A stretch of DNA of 64,000 nt from Hyaloraphidium curvatum SAG 235-1 (GCA_025558095.1 JAIVFI010000029.1:530753-594752), one strand, 5' to 3'. Positions 23,820 to 35,835 are shown, counted from the first letter of the stretch. The notes: a model not told the origin generated them from the letters alone. Made by a program: numbers and translations.

Positions 23820-26762
23820 ATGGACGTCAGCGCCGAGCCGTACGACGACGACGAACCGTACCGCGATGACCTCTTCCCGGACCGCGGGCGGGAAATGGCG
23901 CGCCGCGCGCTCTCTGCGGCCGGCCCGACGCGGCTGGCGTACGCGCGGCGCCCCGGCGGCGAGCGCACGCGGACCTTCGGGGACGACCGCCTCGGCCCCG
24001 ACGGCGCCGCGCAGCTGGCCGCGGGGCTGGGGCCGCAGCACGCCGCCATCGCGGAGCTGGATCTGTCGCACAACGGCGTCGGGCCCGCCGGGATTGCGGC
24101 CCTCGCGCCGGCGCTCGCGCGGCTGCCGCTGCGGACCCTGGACATCCGCGGAAACGCGCTCGGCGGCGGCGGCGTGCGCGTGCTGGCGTCGGCGCTGGCG
24201 GGGAAGGCGTCCCTGGAGGTGCTCAGGCTCGGCGAGAACGCCGTCCGCGACGGGCGCGCCCTCGCGGCCGTGGCCGAGCTCGCCTGCTCGCTGCCGTCGC
24301 TGCGGACATTGGACCTGGATCGGCTCGCTCAGGACGGCGGCGAGGCGGACTCCGAAACATTCGCGGGGAAAGATCAGGACGAGGCGGTGTCTGCGCTTTC
24401 GGCGATGCTCGCCGTGCACCCGACGCTCGAAGAGCTCGGGCTGCTGGGCTTCCCAGCTGCGCACACGGCAACAAACGTGGAGCTCCAATTGAACGGGAAC
24501 TTTCCGGCCGACGCGACGCCGCGCGATCTGCTGGGCCTCCGCCTCGAGGCACCATCGATGGAGCCTTTCGCGGACGCCATTGTGCGGGCGACGAGCTTGC
24601 GGACTCTGCGCCTCGGCGGACAGGGCGCGCTGCCGGGCGGCCAGCTGGCGGCCGCCTTGGCGCGCGCAGGGCGGCTCAAGGTGCTCGTCCTGGAGGGCCG
24701 CGCGACCCTCGCCGAGTTCGAGGCTGTGTGCAGCGCCCTGGCATCGAGCGACACCCTGGAAGACGTGTCCCTGCAGCCCACGTTCCCCCGCGGAAGGAGC
24801 GATCCCAACATCAACGTGCGCGAGGCCGCGCTGCTGATCGTCGGCCGGACTTTGCTCACCTGCGCGTCGCTGCGGCGCCTCACGGTGGAGGACGAGCCGT
24901 ACAGCAGCATCGAGTTCGATCTGAAGCATTCTGACGAGGCCAACCGGGGCGTTGCGGCCCTCGCGGAAGCCCTCGCCAATGAGTCCCCACTGGAGGAGCT
25001 GACGCTGCTCAACTTCTGCGTCAACGATGCCGGCCTCCGCCTCCTTGCATCGGCACTGCAGAGCAACGAAACCCTGAAGGTGCTCACCCTGGATCCGAGC
25101 GCGGGCGGCGACGACTCTAACGACGGCGGGGCAGCGGCCATGGCCGCCGCGCTGGCCGGCGCGAACCGCAGCCCCCGGTTCCGACCCCCGCTTCCCCTGG
25201 AAGTCCTGCGGCTCGGCCACCACCGGATCGGCCCCAAGGGTGCGGACGCGCTGGCCGACGCGCTGCCGCGGACCACATCCCTGAGGGAGCTCGACCTGTC
25301 CAACAACAGGATCCGCTCCCGGGGCGCCGTCCGCCTGGCGCAGGGCCTGAAGCGCAACGGCAGCCTGAGGAGGCTCCGCCTGGGGGACAACCAGATCGGA
25401 TCCCTCGGCGCCGCGGCGCTGGGTTCCTGCCTCGCGGCGAACCACACCCTGGAGGAGCTCGGCCTCGCGGGCAACCCGATCGGTGCGGACGGGGCGGAGG
25501 AGCTCGCGGCGGGGTTGGCTAAGAACAGGGGCCTGGTGACGCTGGATCTGTCCGGGTGCCAGCTTGGGGAGGAGGGGAGGCGCGCCCTGGGCGAAGCGGT
25601 CGCGGTGAACGACACCCTCCGGAACCTCGTGGCGGAGTTTTCCTTTTTCGGGGACGACTTTTCGGATGCCCTGTCAAAACCCGAAAGGGCAGCCAACGCC
25701 CAGCAGATGAGGCGGACCCTCGAAGCCCGCGACCAGCCTCCGCAGGGCCTCGCCTGCCGCTCCGGAAATGGCTCCGGGTTGCCGACCTGGACGTGGACAG
25801 GACGGCCACCCTGGGCTCCGGCGGCTTCGGCAAGGTGTTCCGGGGGCGCTACCTGGACCTCGACGTGGCGGTGAAGGAGCCGCTCCTGCGGGGCGACGAG
25901 GAGGCCGAGGCGGTCCTGGAGGCGGAGATCGCGGCGTCGATGGACGTGCCCCTGCACCCCAACGTCGCCGAAATCCTGGGATACCACATCCGGCCGACCT
26001 TCCTCGTCACCCGCCTCTACAACGGGGACCTGGCCGGCTTCCTCAGGGACCGCGGCTGGAACCGTGCCCTGGCGCTGCGCCTCCTCGGCGATGCCGCCCA
26101 GGGCGTCCGCGCGCTGCACGCCGCCGGCATCGTGCACGCGGATCTCAAGCCGGGGAACGTGCTGGTCGACCTGGCGCCGGGGGATCCCGACGGCCGCGCG
26201 GTGGCCAAGATCGCGGACTTCGGGCTCGCCAGGTCGCGGACCCGGGTCCGAGGGGCCCAGGGCACCGCGTACGAGTACGTCGGGTTCGGGGGGTTCTCGC
26301 TGCGGTACGCATCGCCGGAGCAGCTGCTGGGGGATGGCATCGGACGCGCGTCCGACGTCTGGTCGTTCGGAATGCTCTGCTACGCCATCCTCTCCGAGGG
26401 CACGGAGCCGTACGCGGGCCTGAGCCGCGGCGCCGTACGTCTACGCCCGCGGTGTTACCGCCGGACGCCGCTCACAGCCGCCCCAGGTCATGTTCCACGC
26501 CGAGCAGGGCACCCTCCCCAATCCATTGCTCCGCTCCGACGACTGGGAGCTGGTCCGGTGGATCTGCAGGAAGGAAAAGCCGGAGCGGCCTTCCGCCGCC
26601 GACGTCGCCGCGCGGCTGCGGACCATGTCGGCTGCTGCGGCGGAGGACGTGCGCGCCGCGGACGCGGCGCCGTCCGGGGAAGCTTTGGCAACGGTCGAAC
26701 TGGAGCCGACCTTTTCTGCTTCGGTAAATGCGCCGTTGTATGTTACGAGATCTGTAGGATGA
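23820..26762 (+). CDS. RI-like LRR + TKL-type protein kinase, copy A (1-nt frameshift near 25752; one 3' intron)
   Basis: Repeats of the LxxLxLxxNxIGxxGAxxLA type; kinase motifs GSGGFGKV, VAVK, HADLKPGN, DFG, YASPE, SDVWSFG. The linker reads GCCTGCCG versus GCCTTGCCG in copy B. Confidence 0.85.
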
Positions 26763-26769
26763 ACAACAG

Positions 26770-27010
26770 CTGACCCACCGGCAACACCTGGCCTGTGAGA
26801 AGACGATCGGATCCATTTAGCTTAGCGCCGAAGCTTCCGCGGACGACGACGCGGATATGCGCCGAAGGCCCCTCCGCCGCGGCAGCCGCCATGCTCCGCA
26901 GCCGCGCGGCGATCTCCTCGACGGAAGGCCGCTCGAGCTTGTCCTTCACCCAGATCCACCGGATCTGCTCCCGGTCCTCCCAGCGCAGCAGTGGGTTTGG
27001 GAGGGGTGCT
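26770..27010 (-). pseudogene. Orphan copy of the LRR-kinase terminal exon
   Basis: PLPNPLLRWEDREQIRWIWVKDKLERPSVEEIAARLRSMAAAAAE; a direct repeat of about 28950-29190. Confidence 0.8.
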
Positions 27011-27292
27011 CCGGATTCCTGGTCTCGGCGCCCTAGGGTGCCGGCCGCGGGCGGCGCGCGGCGCATTCCCCCCCGCGACCGATTCGGTGCTGTCGGAAGC
27101 ATCCTGCTCGACCTGCCTTGCATGGCTTGCGGCAACCCATGCGCATCGTTCGGGGATGATGTCACGCGCGAGTGAGTCGACGGTCGGACTTTGTTCCCAA
27201 CCCCAGGGACCAGGCCGTCCCCATCCCGGCCTTCGTTGGCGGGTCATCAGACACAACACCGCACTCTGCAAATCCGCGACACCCGCGACCGA

Positions 27293-28549
27293 ATGAAAAA
27301 GCTCCTGATCGCGCTGCTCGCCTGCGCCCTCGCGGCCGCCGTGGCAAGGTGGGCGAACGCGCGGAGGAGGCGGACCCTGCGCGGCCTTCCTGACCGCCCC
27401 CCGGCCGACAGCGCCCCGGCCGCCGCCGCTCCCACCGCATCGAACGAGCGGGCCCTCTTCCGCCGCAGCTGCGCCGATTGCGACCCCTCGGCCTACTGGT
27501 CCGTCCGTCCCCGGCCCCCGCGACCGCGCTGACCCCGCCCCCGCAGCGAGTTCGCCCACCCCGGCGCACCCCCCGACCACGTCGCCTGCGTCTCGCAAGG
27601 CACTGACGACGGGCACGCACTGTACCGCCGCTACGTCTCCCCCCGGACCTTCTTCTGGTCCATCGGCGGCTCCCCCGACGACTACGCGGCTCTGACCGCC
27701 GTCCGCTACATCGAGCCCGCCGCAGCCAGTCCCGTCTGGACCGACGCCCCCGCACTCTCCGTCGGCAGAGGCAGTAACGGCGCAGGGATGTACTCTGGCA
27801 TGGCCAACGCGCTGGGCTCCAAGATCTACGTCTATGGGGGCACCGACTCCGTGGTCTGGTTCTCCGCCGTCATGGTGAGCCTGGACGCAAGCAACCTCGC
27901 CGCCGGGTGGACCAGTGTCGCCCTGCCATCCGTTACGCGAAATCTGCGGTACAACGGCGTCACCGCGGAGCTCGGCGGGGTGTTCTACTACATCGCGGGC
28001 TTCAACGCCAACTCGGGCAACGCTTTCGTGACGACGACCGAGTCCTACGAGCCGGGCACAAACACCTGGACCTCCAGCGTGGCCGGCGCGACGCTCCCGA
28101 GCGGGGTCGGCGACACCACCAAGAGCAACCGCGGCTGCGCCGTCTCGGCCGCGGGGTCCCTGTGGTATATGCGCAACGGCCATCTCCTCCGCTGGACCCC
28201 CGGCGACGCCGCATGGACCTCCATCCCCACCCCCCCCCCCCCTGGAAATCCTCCGGCAACCCGTCGTGCGCCGCGCTGGACGGCAGGATCGTGCAGATGG
28301 CCGGCACCGCCGCCGCGGCCTACGACCCCGCCTCCGGACCCTTCTCCTCCCTCGCCGCGTCCGCGGGCGCGCACAACTACCCCGTCGCGGCAGGTTGCGT
28401 GGGTTTGCTTGTCGCCCCGGCCGTTTCGGCCAACCCGGTGCTGGTCGATGCGTGCCCCGGGGGGGGCGTGGGGGGCGCTGCCGAGCTTGGCGGTCAACAC
28501 CAAGGCGCAGTTCATGACGACGGTCTGCTCCGGGACCGTGCCGGCTTGA
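27293..28549 (+). CDS. Secreted Kelch-repeat protein with the same Cys4 pro-module (frame slips at poly-C ~28230 and poly-G ~28460)
   Basis: MKKLLIALLACALAAAVA signal. Removing intron 27499-27546 gives SCADCDPSAYCEFAHPGAPPDHVACV..LYRRY. Kelch blades WSIGG..VW, KIYVYGG..GW, FYYIAG..YEPGTNTW follow. Confidence 0.75.
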
Positions 28550-28934
28550 CGCTTGCGAGCCGACCAGTGGGTGTATATATTGGGGGAACGAGGTGTTGGA
28601 AAGGAACCTGTTTCGCGCGCGCCCGTGTAGTCCCGACGGGAAATGCAAGTCGGCCCAACTGCATCCGATTTCACGGCTTCAGCGACGGCAAGCCGACCCC
28701 GTCGCCGTCCCTCGTCTGGGGAGATCGACACGATGTGCGTGCCTCATTGGGCGCTGCCTCACAGCTGGCTACCCCAGTGCATGCCGCACGGCAGTAACGG
28801 GCGATCGAGGGTTGCATGGCGTCGAGAGGCCCCATGCGGTTTCCCGAGAACCGACCGCGGTGCCCGGAACGGACGAAGCAGGAGGACGCCGAGTTGTTCG
28901 TCGCTTGGTCGTCGCCGGTGACGCGAGCGTCTAT

Positions 28935-31788
28935 TCATCCTACGGATCTCGTGACGTCCGGCACGCTTGCCGCGACGGAAACGGTCCGGTCCATTTCGTT
29001 CAACGCCGGAGCTTCCGTGGACGACGCCGCGGATCCGGCGGGGGATTCCTCCGCCGCTGCAGCCGCCATGCTCCGCAGCCGCGCGGCGATCTCCTCGACG
29101 GAAGGCCGCTCGAGCTTGTCCTTCGCGCAGATCCACCGGATCAGCTCCCAGTCGTCCCATCGGAGCAATGGGTTGGGGAGGGTGCCCTGCTCGATGTGGA
29201 ACATGATCTGGGGCGGAGGTGAGCGGCACTCAGGATGCAGGCCAGGGACTCACGGAAACGTGGCTCAGGCCCGCGTACGGCTCGGTGTCTTCGGAGAGGA
29301 TGGTGTAGCAGAGCATCCCGAACGACCAGATGTCGGAGGCGCGGCCGAAGCCCTCCCCGCGCAGCTGCTCCGGCGGGGCGTACCGCAGCGAAAACCCTCC
29401 GAATCCAACGTATTCATACGCGGTGCCCTGCGCCCCGCGGACCCGGTTCCGCGACCTGGCGAGGCCAAAGTCGGCGATTTTGGCCACCGCGCGGTCGTCA
29501 GGATCCCCCGGCGCCAGGTCCACCAGCACGTTCCCGGGCTTGAGATCCGCGTGCACGATGCCGGCGGCGTGCAGCGCGCGGACGCCCTGGGCGGCGTCGG
29601 CGAGAAGCCGCAGCGCAAGGGTGCGGTTCCAGCCGCGCTGCCTGAGGAACCCGGCCAGGTCCCCAGTGTAAAGCCGGGTGACGAGGAAGGTCGGCTGGAT
29701 GTGGTATCCCAGGATGTCGGCGACGTTCGGGTGCTGCGGTAGGTCCACCGACGCCGCAATCTCCGCCTCCAGCACCGCCTCGGCCTCCTCGTCGCCCCGC
29801 AGGAGCGGTTCCTTCACCGCCACGTCGAGGTCCAGGTAGCGTCCCCGGAACACCTTCCCGAAGCCGCCCGAGCCCAGGGTGCAGGTCCGATCGACGTCCA
29901 GGTCCGCCATCCGGAGCCACTTCCGGAGCGGCAAGGCGAGGCCCTGCGGAGGCTGGTCGCGGGCTTCGAGGGTCCGCCTCATCCGCTGGGCGTTGGCGGC
30001 CCGCTCAGAGCTTGACAGAGCTTTGGACAGTTCCGGGTACCCGCCGCCCGTGGCCAGGTTCCGAAGGGTGTCGTTCATCAAGACTGCTTGACACAAGGCG
30101 CGAATGCCTTCACCTCCCAATTGACACTTGGACAAGTCCAACATCAGGAGTCCACTGTTCTTGACGAGCCCCGCGGCAAGTTCCTCCGCCCCGTCAGCTC
30201 CGATGGGATTAACGGCCAGGTTGAGCTCCTCCAGGGTATGGTTCACCGTGAGTGCTGATCCAAAGGCCGTCGCTCCGAGGGATCCTATCTTGTTGTCCTC
30301 CAGGCAGAGCTTCCTCAAGCTCTTGTTGCGCTTCAGGCCCTGGGCAAGCCGGGCGGCGCCCCGGGACCGGATGTTGCTGCCCGTCAGGTCGAGCTCCCTC
30401 AGAAACGTGGTCCGTGGCAGCGCGTCGGCGAGCGCGTCCGCACCCCCGTGGCCGACCCTGTGGCTACCGAGTCGCAGGACTTCCAGAGGGAGCGGGGCCC
30501 GGAATCGAGGGTAGCGGTTCGCGCCGGCCAACGCGGCGGCCAAGGCCGCCGCGCCGCCGTCGTTGGTTTCGTCACCGGCTGCGCACGGATCCAGGACGAG
30601 AACTTTCAGAGCTTCGTTGCCTTGCAGTGCCGAGCCAAGGAGGCTGAGACCGGCATCGTTGACTGAGAACTTCAGTAGCGTTAGCTCTTCCAGTTTCGAT
30701 CCGTTGGCGAGGGAGTCTGCGATGGCAATGACGCCCGAGTTGGCCTCACGTTTCATATCGTGGAGGCTGCTGTATGGTGCGTCGTCAACCAAGAGTCGTC
30801 GCAATGAAACGCACTTCAGCAAAGTCCGGCCGATGGTCATCAGCGCGGCTTCGCGCAGGTCGATGTCGGTTTGGCGTGGGAAGGTGGGTTGCAGCGACAC
30901 GTCTTCCAGAGTCGTACTCGATGCCAGCGAGGTGCATAGCTTCCGGAACTCCTCGAGAGTCGCAGGGCCCTGCATAGCCAGCATCTTCAGCTGATTTGCA
31001 CCCCCCAAAGCGTCCGCAAGGTGGCCGCTCGACATCGTGCCCGGTCCGTCAAGGCGCAGGGTCCGCAAGGTTTTCGCCTGCAAAATGGCGTAGGCAAAAG
31101 ATTCCATCGGCTGCGCCTCGGAGAGGAATCCAAGTAGTCCGAGCTCTTCGAGGGCCGGGTGCACGGCGATCATTGCCGAAAGCGCAGAAAACGCTTCTCC
31201 CTGATTTTCCACGGCGACCTCATCGGAGTCTCCCTTGGCGCGTTCTTGCCTGACGACGTGATCCAGGTCCAAGGTCCGCAACGACGGCAACGCGCCGGCA
31301 AGCTCGGCCACGGCCACGAGCGTGCGCCCATTACGAACAGCATTGTCGCCCAGCCTGAGGACCTCCAAGGTCTTTTTCCCCGCCAGCGCGGACCTCAGCA
31401 AGTGTACACCTTCGTCGCCGATCCAGTTTCCGCGCAGGTCCAGGCTCCGGAGCGGCAGGCGCTCGAGCACGGGCGCGAGGGCCGCGATCCCCTTCTCCGC
31501 GATGCTATTGTAGGACAAATCGACCTCCTCGATGACTGCATATTCCGGGTCAAGCTTCTCGGCCAGCTCTGCCGCACCCTCGGGACAGAGGCCGGGGTCC
31601 CAGAACACGGCGCGCTCCGGTCTAGGCTGATTTCCGAGGAGCAGGCGCGTCGGCTGCGGCACCGCGAGGGCGCGGCGGACCGCCCCCGTTGTCCAGGAAC
31701 CGAAGGGGTACGGGGGTTCCTCGTCATCGAGCCCTTCCGGGTCGCCGGCGCCGGGCATTAGCGCGTGTGACGGGGTCCTTGCCGCCAT
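28935..31788 (-). CDS. RI-like LRR + TKL-type protein kinase, copy B (intact; one 3' intron)
   Basis: Continuous ORF with LRRs, then GSGGFGKV, VAVK, HADLKPGN, DFG, YAPPE, SDIWSFG; last exon MFHIEQGTLPNP..TRSVG*. Confidence 0.9.
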
Positions 31789-32108
31789 GTGGCGCGGGGG
31801 TGCGTCGTGTCCTCCTCGCCGCAACCCTGCGTCACAGAACCCTCCTGGCCCTGCCAAGCGCGGGTATTGCGCTTCTGAACTCGTTGTGTAATTGGCCCGT
31901 TGACTGCTGACGCATTATGCCTTCGACGAAGAGCTCAAGGTCGCGTGAATCGCCAGCGAGGTATCTATTTCAGGGCCAAGTCTCTTCCACAACTGAACAG
32001 AACACTCAGCAGCGCGAAATGCAGCAAGATGCCGAACGGAGCGGTTATTCTTGCGAGCCTTCGTTCCTTCTCGGTGTATAATGCCTTCGAAACGCCACCC
32101 CATCCGCA

Positions 32109-33332
32109 TCACGGCAGCGACGCGTACTTCTGCAGCCCCTCTGGCAGCTCCCCCCACAGCCCCTTGCCCTCCAACCAGCTCCGCGAGAACAGCCTCGACT
32201 GGTAACGTCCCCCCCCATCGCACACCACCGTGGCCACGCTGCTCCCCTCGGGCAGCATCGTCGCCACCTCCCTGGCCGCGGCCACGTTGAGCGCGGAGCT
32301 CGCGCCGACAAAGATCCCGTCCCGGTCCAGCAGCGAGTACACCTCCCTGATCGTCGCGGCATCGGGGATCATCACGCTGCCGTCCATCAGCGCGATCGCC
32401 GTGCGCATGTTGGCCGTGATTCGGCCCTGCCCGATGCCCTCCGTGATCGAACCCCCCGGCGTCCTCCTGATCTCGATCTCCGCCTCGGGGGTGCCGGCGA
32501 GCATGTCCTGCACGTAGTTGTGCAGCACGCTCCCCGGCGGGTCCGCCAGGAAACATTTCACGCCGCCCGCAGAGGCCTCCTTGAGGTACCGCACGGTGCC
32601 GGCCAGCGTGCCGCCCGTGCCTGTCGCGCAGACGAAGGCGTCCAGCTTGCCCCCGAGCTGGGACCATATCTCGGGGCCGGTGGTGGCGAAGTGGGCGCCC
32701 GCGTTGTCGGCGTTGTCGAACTGGTTCGCGAAGAAGGCGGTGCCCGGGTGGCGGGCGTTGAGCTCGTCGGCGTGCTCCTTGGCCTGTGCGGGGGACGACA
32801 TGAGACTCGAATGGACCCGGCCCAGGCCCGAACCCACCTGGAAGTTGTAGTGCTTCGGGTCCGTGATGGCCACGGCCGGCACTTCCCGAACGTCTGCCCC
32901 AAGGACCTTCAAAGCCATAACCTTCTCCCTGCTCTGGGTGTCGGGCATGTAGACAACAAGCCGATACCCCCGCGCCCTGCAGACGTGCGCGAGGCCGATC
33001 CCCGTGTTGCCCGCCGTCCCCTCCACCACGGTGCCCCCCGGCTTCAAGTCGCCCCGCTGCTCGGCGCCGAGGACGAGCGCCAGCGCCGCGCGGTCCTTCA
33101 CGCTGCCGCCGGGGTTCATGAACTCGGCCTTTCCATAGATCAGCCGGCCCGTTTCGCGGGAAGCGGTCTTCAGCAGGAGCAAGGGGGTGCGGCCGACGGC
33201 GCCGTCGAGGCCGTCGCACACGGGGGGAGGGCGCCACGGCGGGGCGGTGGCGAAGGCGCGCGAACAAGGCGGGAGGAACGTCCGACGCGGCACATGGCGG
33301 CCCAGCGGGGCGGGGAGGCGCGGGGGAGGCAT
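32109..33332 (-). CDS. Cysteine synthase (O-acetylserine thiol-lyase), probably mitochondrial; one in-frame intron ~32785-32838
   Basis: KAEFMNPGGSVKDR (PLP Lys), EGTAGNTGIGLA, NQFDN, GTGGT, TEGIGQG, VGASSALN, CDGGGRY. Confidence 0.93.
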   Translation of the reverse strand: MPPPRLPAPLGRHVPRRTFLPPCSRAFATAPPWRPPPVCDGLDGAVGRTPLLLLKTASRETGRLIYGKAEFMNPGGSVKDRAALALVLGAEQRGDLKPGGTVVEGTAGNTGIGLAHVCRARGYRLVVYMPDTQSREKVMALKVLGADVREVPAVAITDPKHYNFQVGSGLGRVHSSLMSSPAQAKEHADELNARHPGTAFFANQFDNADNAGAHFATTGPEIWSQLGGKLDAFVCATGTGGTLAGTVRYLKEASAGGVKCFLADPPGSVLHNYVQDMLAGTPEAEIEIRRTPGGSITEGIGQGRITANMRTAIALMDGSVMIPDAATIREVYSLLDRDGIFVGASSALNVAAAREVATMLPEGSSVATVVCDGGGRYQSRLFSRSWLEGKGLWGELPEGLQKYASLP

Positions 33333-33635
33333 GGGGGACGGCGGAGGGCGGTGCGGGCGGGCGGTTCCGGGAATCCCGCGTTCCCGTGCCCGAATCGCGC
33401 AGAGGAGCCTTTGAGCGCTTCCTTAGGCGAATAAGGGGGCGACAGGCGCGATTCCGCGGCGCGATGAAATGGGGAGGCGGCGGGGAGACCCTTCCCGTCG
33501 GCCTGCGGCGGCGGCTCCTCCCGCTCACGAAATCGTCACACGCGTCGGGGCCGCCCGCGCCCCCATCGCCCGCTATACGTTGCAAACAAGGACGCCCGCG
33601 CCGCTTGAGGGCGCCCCTTTGGGGCGGTCGGTACA

Positions 33636-35835
33636 ATGGGCGGTCCGTTTGCCCCGGCGCCCGGCGCCGATCCGGCCGAGGACGACCTCCGATGGTCGCT
33701 CTTCGGCTCGCCGGCGTGGCCGATGGAGCGGCGGCTGCTGTGCAACGTGTCGCTGACCGTGACGGGGTCGCACATCGCGCTGGCGCTGTTCAGATGGGCC
33801 ATCCTCGAGCACTTCCGCGCCTCGCTGGTGACGCTGGTCTGCCTCGGCCTGTGCCCGCCGATGCTGCTGTTTTTCTACGCCGCACGCGCACGGGGCGACA
33901 GCGTGTGGCGCTGGACGATGCCCGTGGCCATGGCAATCTCGGCGCCCATCGTCGCCTACATGTTCGAGCTCGACGGCGTGCGCTCGGGCACATCGCCCTA
34001 CCTGGTCGTGTGCTGCGTGTTCGCCTCCATCGTTATGGGCCGCTCCTGGCCCGCCACGGCGCTCTACTCGGCCGTGCTCTTCGTCATGGGCTACCGCGAG
34101 CTGGCCCGGCACGGCATCAGGCTGCCCACCTCGGCGGGCGCCCTGGAGGCCTGGCGGACCGAGGACGCGGCCAACCTGCACATCTACGTGCACTGCAGCC
34201 TGGTATCCGTGGCGCTGGTCGGCTACGCGCTGTCGTTTCTGCGGCAGGAGCTGGACACGGAGAAGCGCCGCGCCGAGGCCGCAGCCGAGGCCAAGGGCAG
34301 GTTCCTGCGGACCATGTCCCACGAGATGCGGTAGGGCTGGCCCTAGGAGGGGTCCTCTGAATCACCGTCTGACCCGTCTCCTCCCGTCCCCCAGAACCCC
34401 CCTCAACGCCGTCATCGGCATGTCCACCCTCCTCCTCGACTCGCCCCTCAACGCGGAGCAGCGAGAGATGGCCAACACCATGCTCGCTTCCTCCAACCTG
34501 CTCCTCGCCCTCATCAACGACGTCCTCGACTACGCCAAGATCGAGGCCGGCAAGGTGGCCCCCGAGGAGATGCCCGTGGACGTGCGGACGGCGGCCAAGG
34601 AGGTCCTGGGGATGATCGGTGTCCGCCCCGGCGCGGTGGACAAGGCGCTCTGGGTCGACCCGGCCATGGACCCCGTTCTGCTGACCGACCCGACGCGGCT
34701 GCGGCAGATCCTGGCCAACCTCGCCAGCAACGCCGCCAAGTTCACCGAATCGGGCTACGTCCACATCTCCGTGGGCGCATGCGACGACCCCTCCTCTTTG
34801 GACCTCCGCACCCCCCTCGAACGGCCCTTCCCATCCCCCAGCGAACCCTGGACCGCCGCCTTCCCGCGCACCCCGCCCCCCGCCGTGCCGCACGCCGTGT
34901 TCCTGGTGGCGGACAGCGGCATCGGCATCCCCCCCTCGCACGTGCCCAACCTCTTCCTGAACCCCTTCTCGCAGGCCGACGCCCGCACCACGCGCAGGTT
35001 CGGCGGCACCGGGCTCGGGCTGACCATCACGGCGCGGCTGGTGGAGCTGCTCGGCGGGCGGGTGGCGGTGCGAAGCGCAGAGGGACGGGGGACCGAGTTC
35101 GCGGTGTGCCTGCCGCTGCGGTGCGCGGGGGCGGGGGGCGCGGAAAGGGCGGCGGAGCTCGAGGCGGTCGAGAGGTGGGGGAGCGCGGGGTTGGAGTACT
35201 ACACGGACGCGGCGGCGAGGTTTGGCGGGAACGGGGCGTCGGCGAACGGGTCGAAAGCTGGGGCCGAGAAGAGCACGTCGGATGCGGCCGAGAACGGCGG
35301 GTTGAGGAGGAGGGCGAGGCCAAAGGGCGGGGCGGCGCGGATCCTCGTCGCCGAGGACAACGGTGGGCTGCCCCTCCGTCGCTGTTTGCCGATCGCCGGC
35401 TGACCCACCCACCCCCCTTTTCCAGAGATCAACGCCCGCGTTTTGGAGAAGCACCTCGCGCGACTGGGGTACCGCGACGTGTCGCGCGCCGCCGACGGCC
35501 GCCGCGCCGTCTCGGCGGTGCTGGCCGCCGACGCCTCCGGCATCCCCTTCGACCTGGTGCTCATGGACCTCTTCATGCCCGAGCTGGACGGCATCGAAGC
35601 CGCGCGGGAGATCCGCCGCCTGGCCCTGTCGGTGCAGCCGCGCATCCTGGCGTGCACGGCCAACGTGATGGGCGAGGACGTGGAGGCATGCCTCGGGGCG
35701 GGTATGGACGGGCACGTGCCCAAGCCGATACGGGTGGGGGAGCTGCAGAGGAAGATGGAGGAGGTGCTGGGTGAGGACGGAGTCGCGGAGGGGGGGGGGA
35801 GGGAGGAGGTGGTGGGGAGCGTGGGGGTGACGTAG
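33636..35835 (+). CDS. Membrane-bound hybrid histidine kinase (multi-TM sensor, HisKA, HATPase, receiver), 3 exons
   Basis: [10 protein letters not shown]|TPLNAVIG H-box; [17 protein letters not shown]; DSGIGI; [15 protein letters not shown]; [30 protein letters not shown]. Confidence 0.93.

Noticed and set aside
25740-25770. Programmed ribosomal frameshift between LRR and kinase
   Set aside because: No slippery heptamer, and paralogue B is in frame; a 1-nt deletion or assembly error is simpler.
28229-28242. Phase-variation poly-C tract in the Kelch gene
   Set aside because: Homopolymer length errors are common in assemblies, and it cannot be distinguished without reads.
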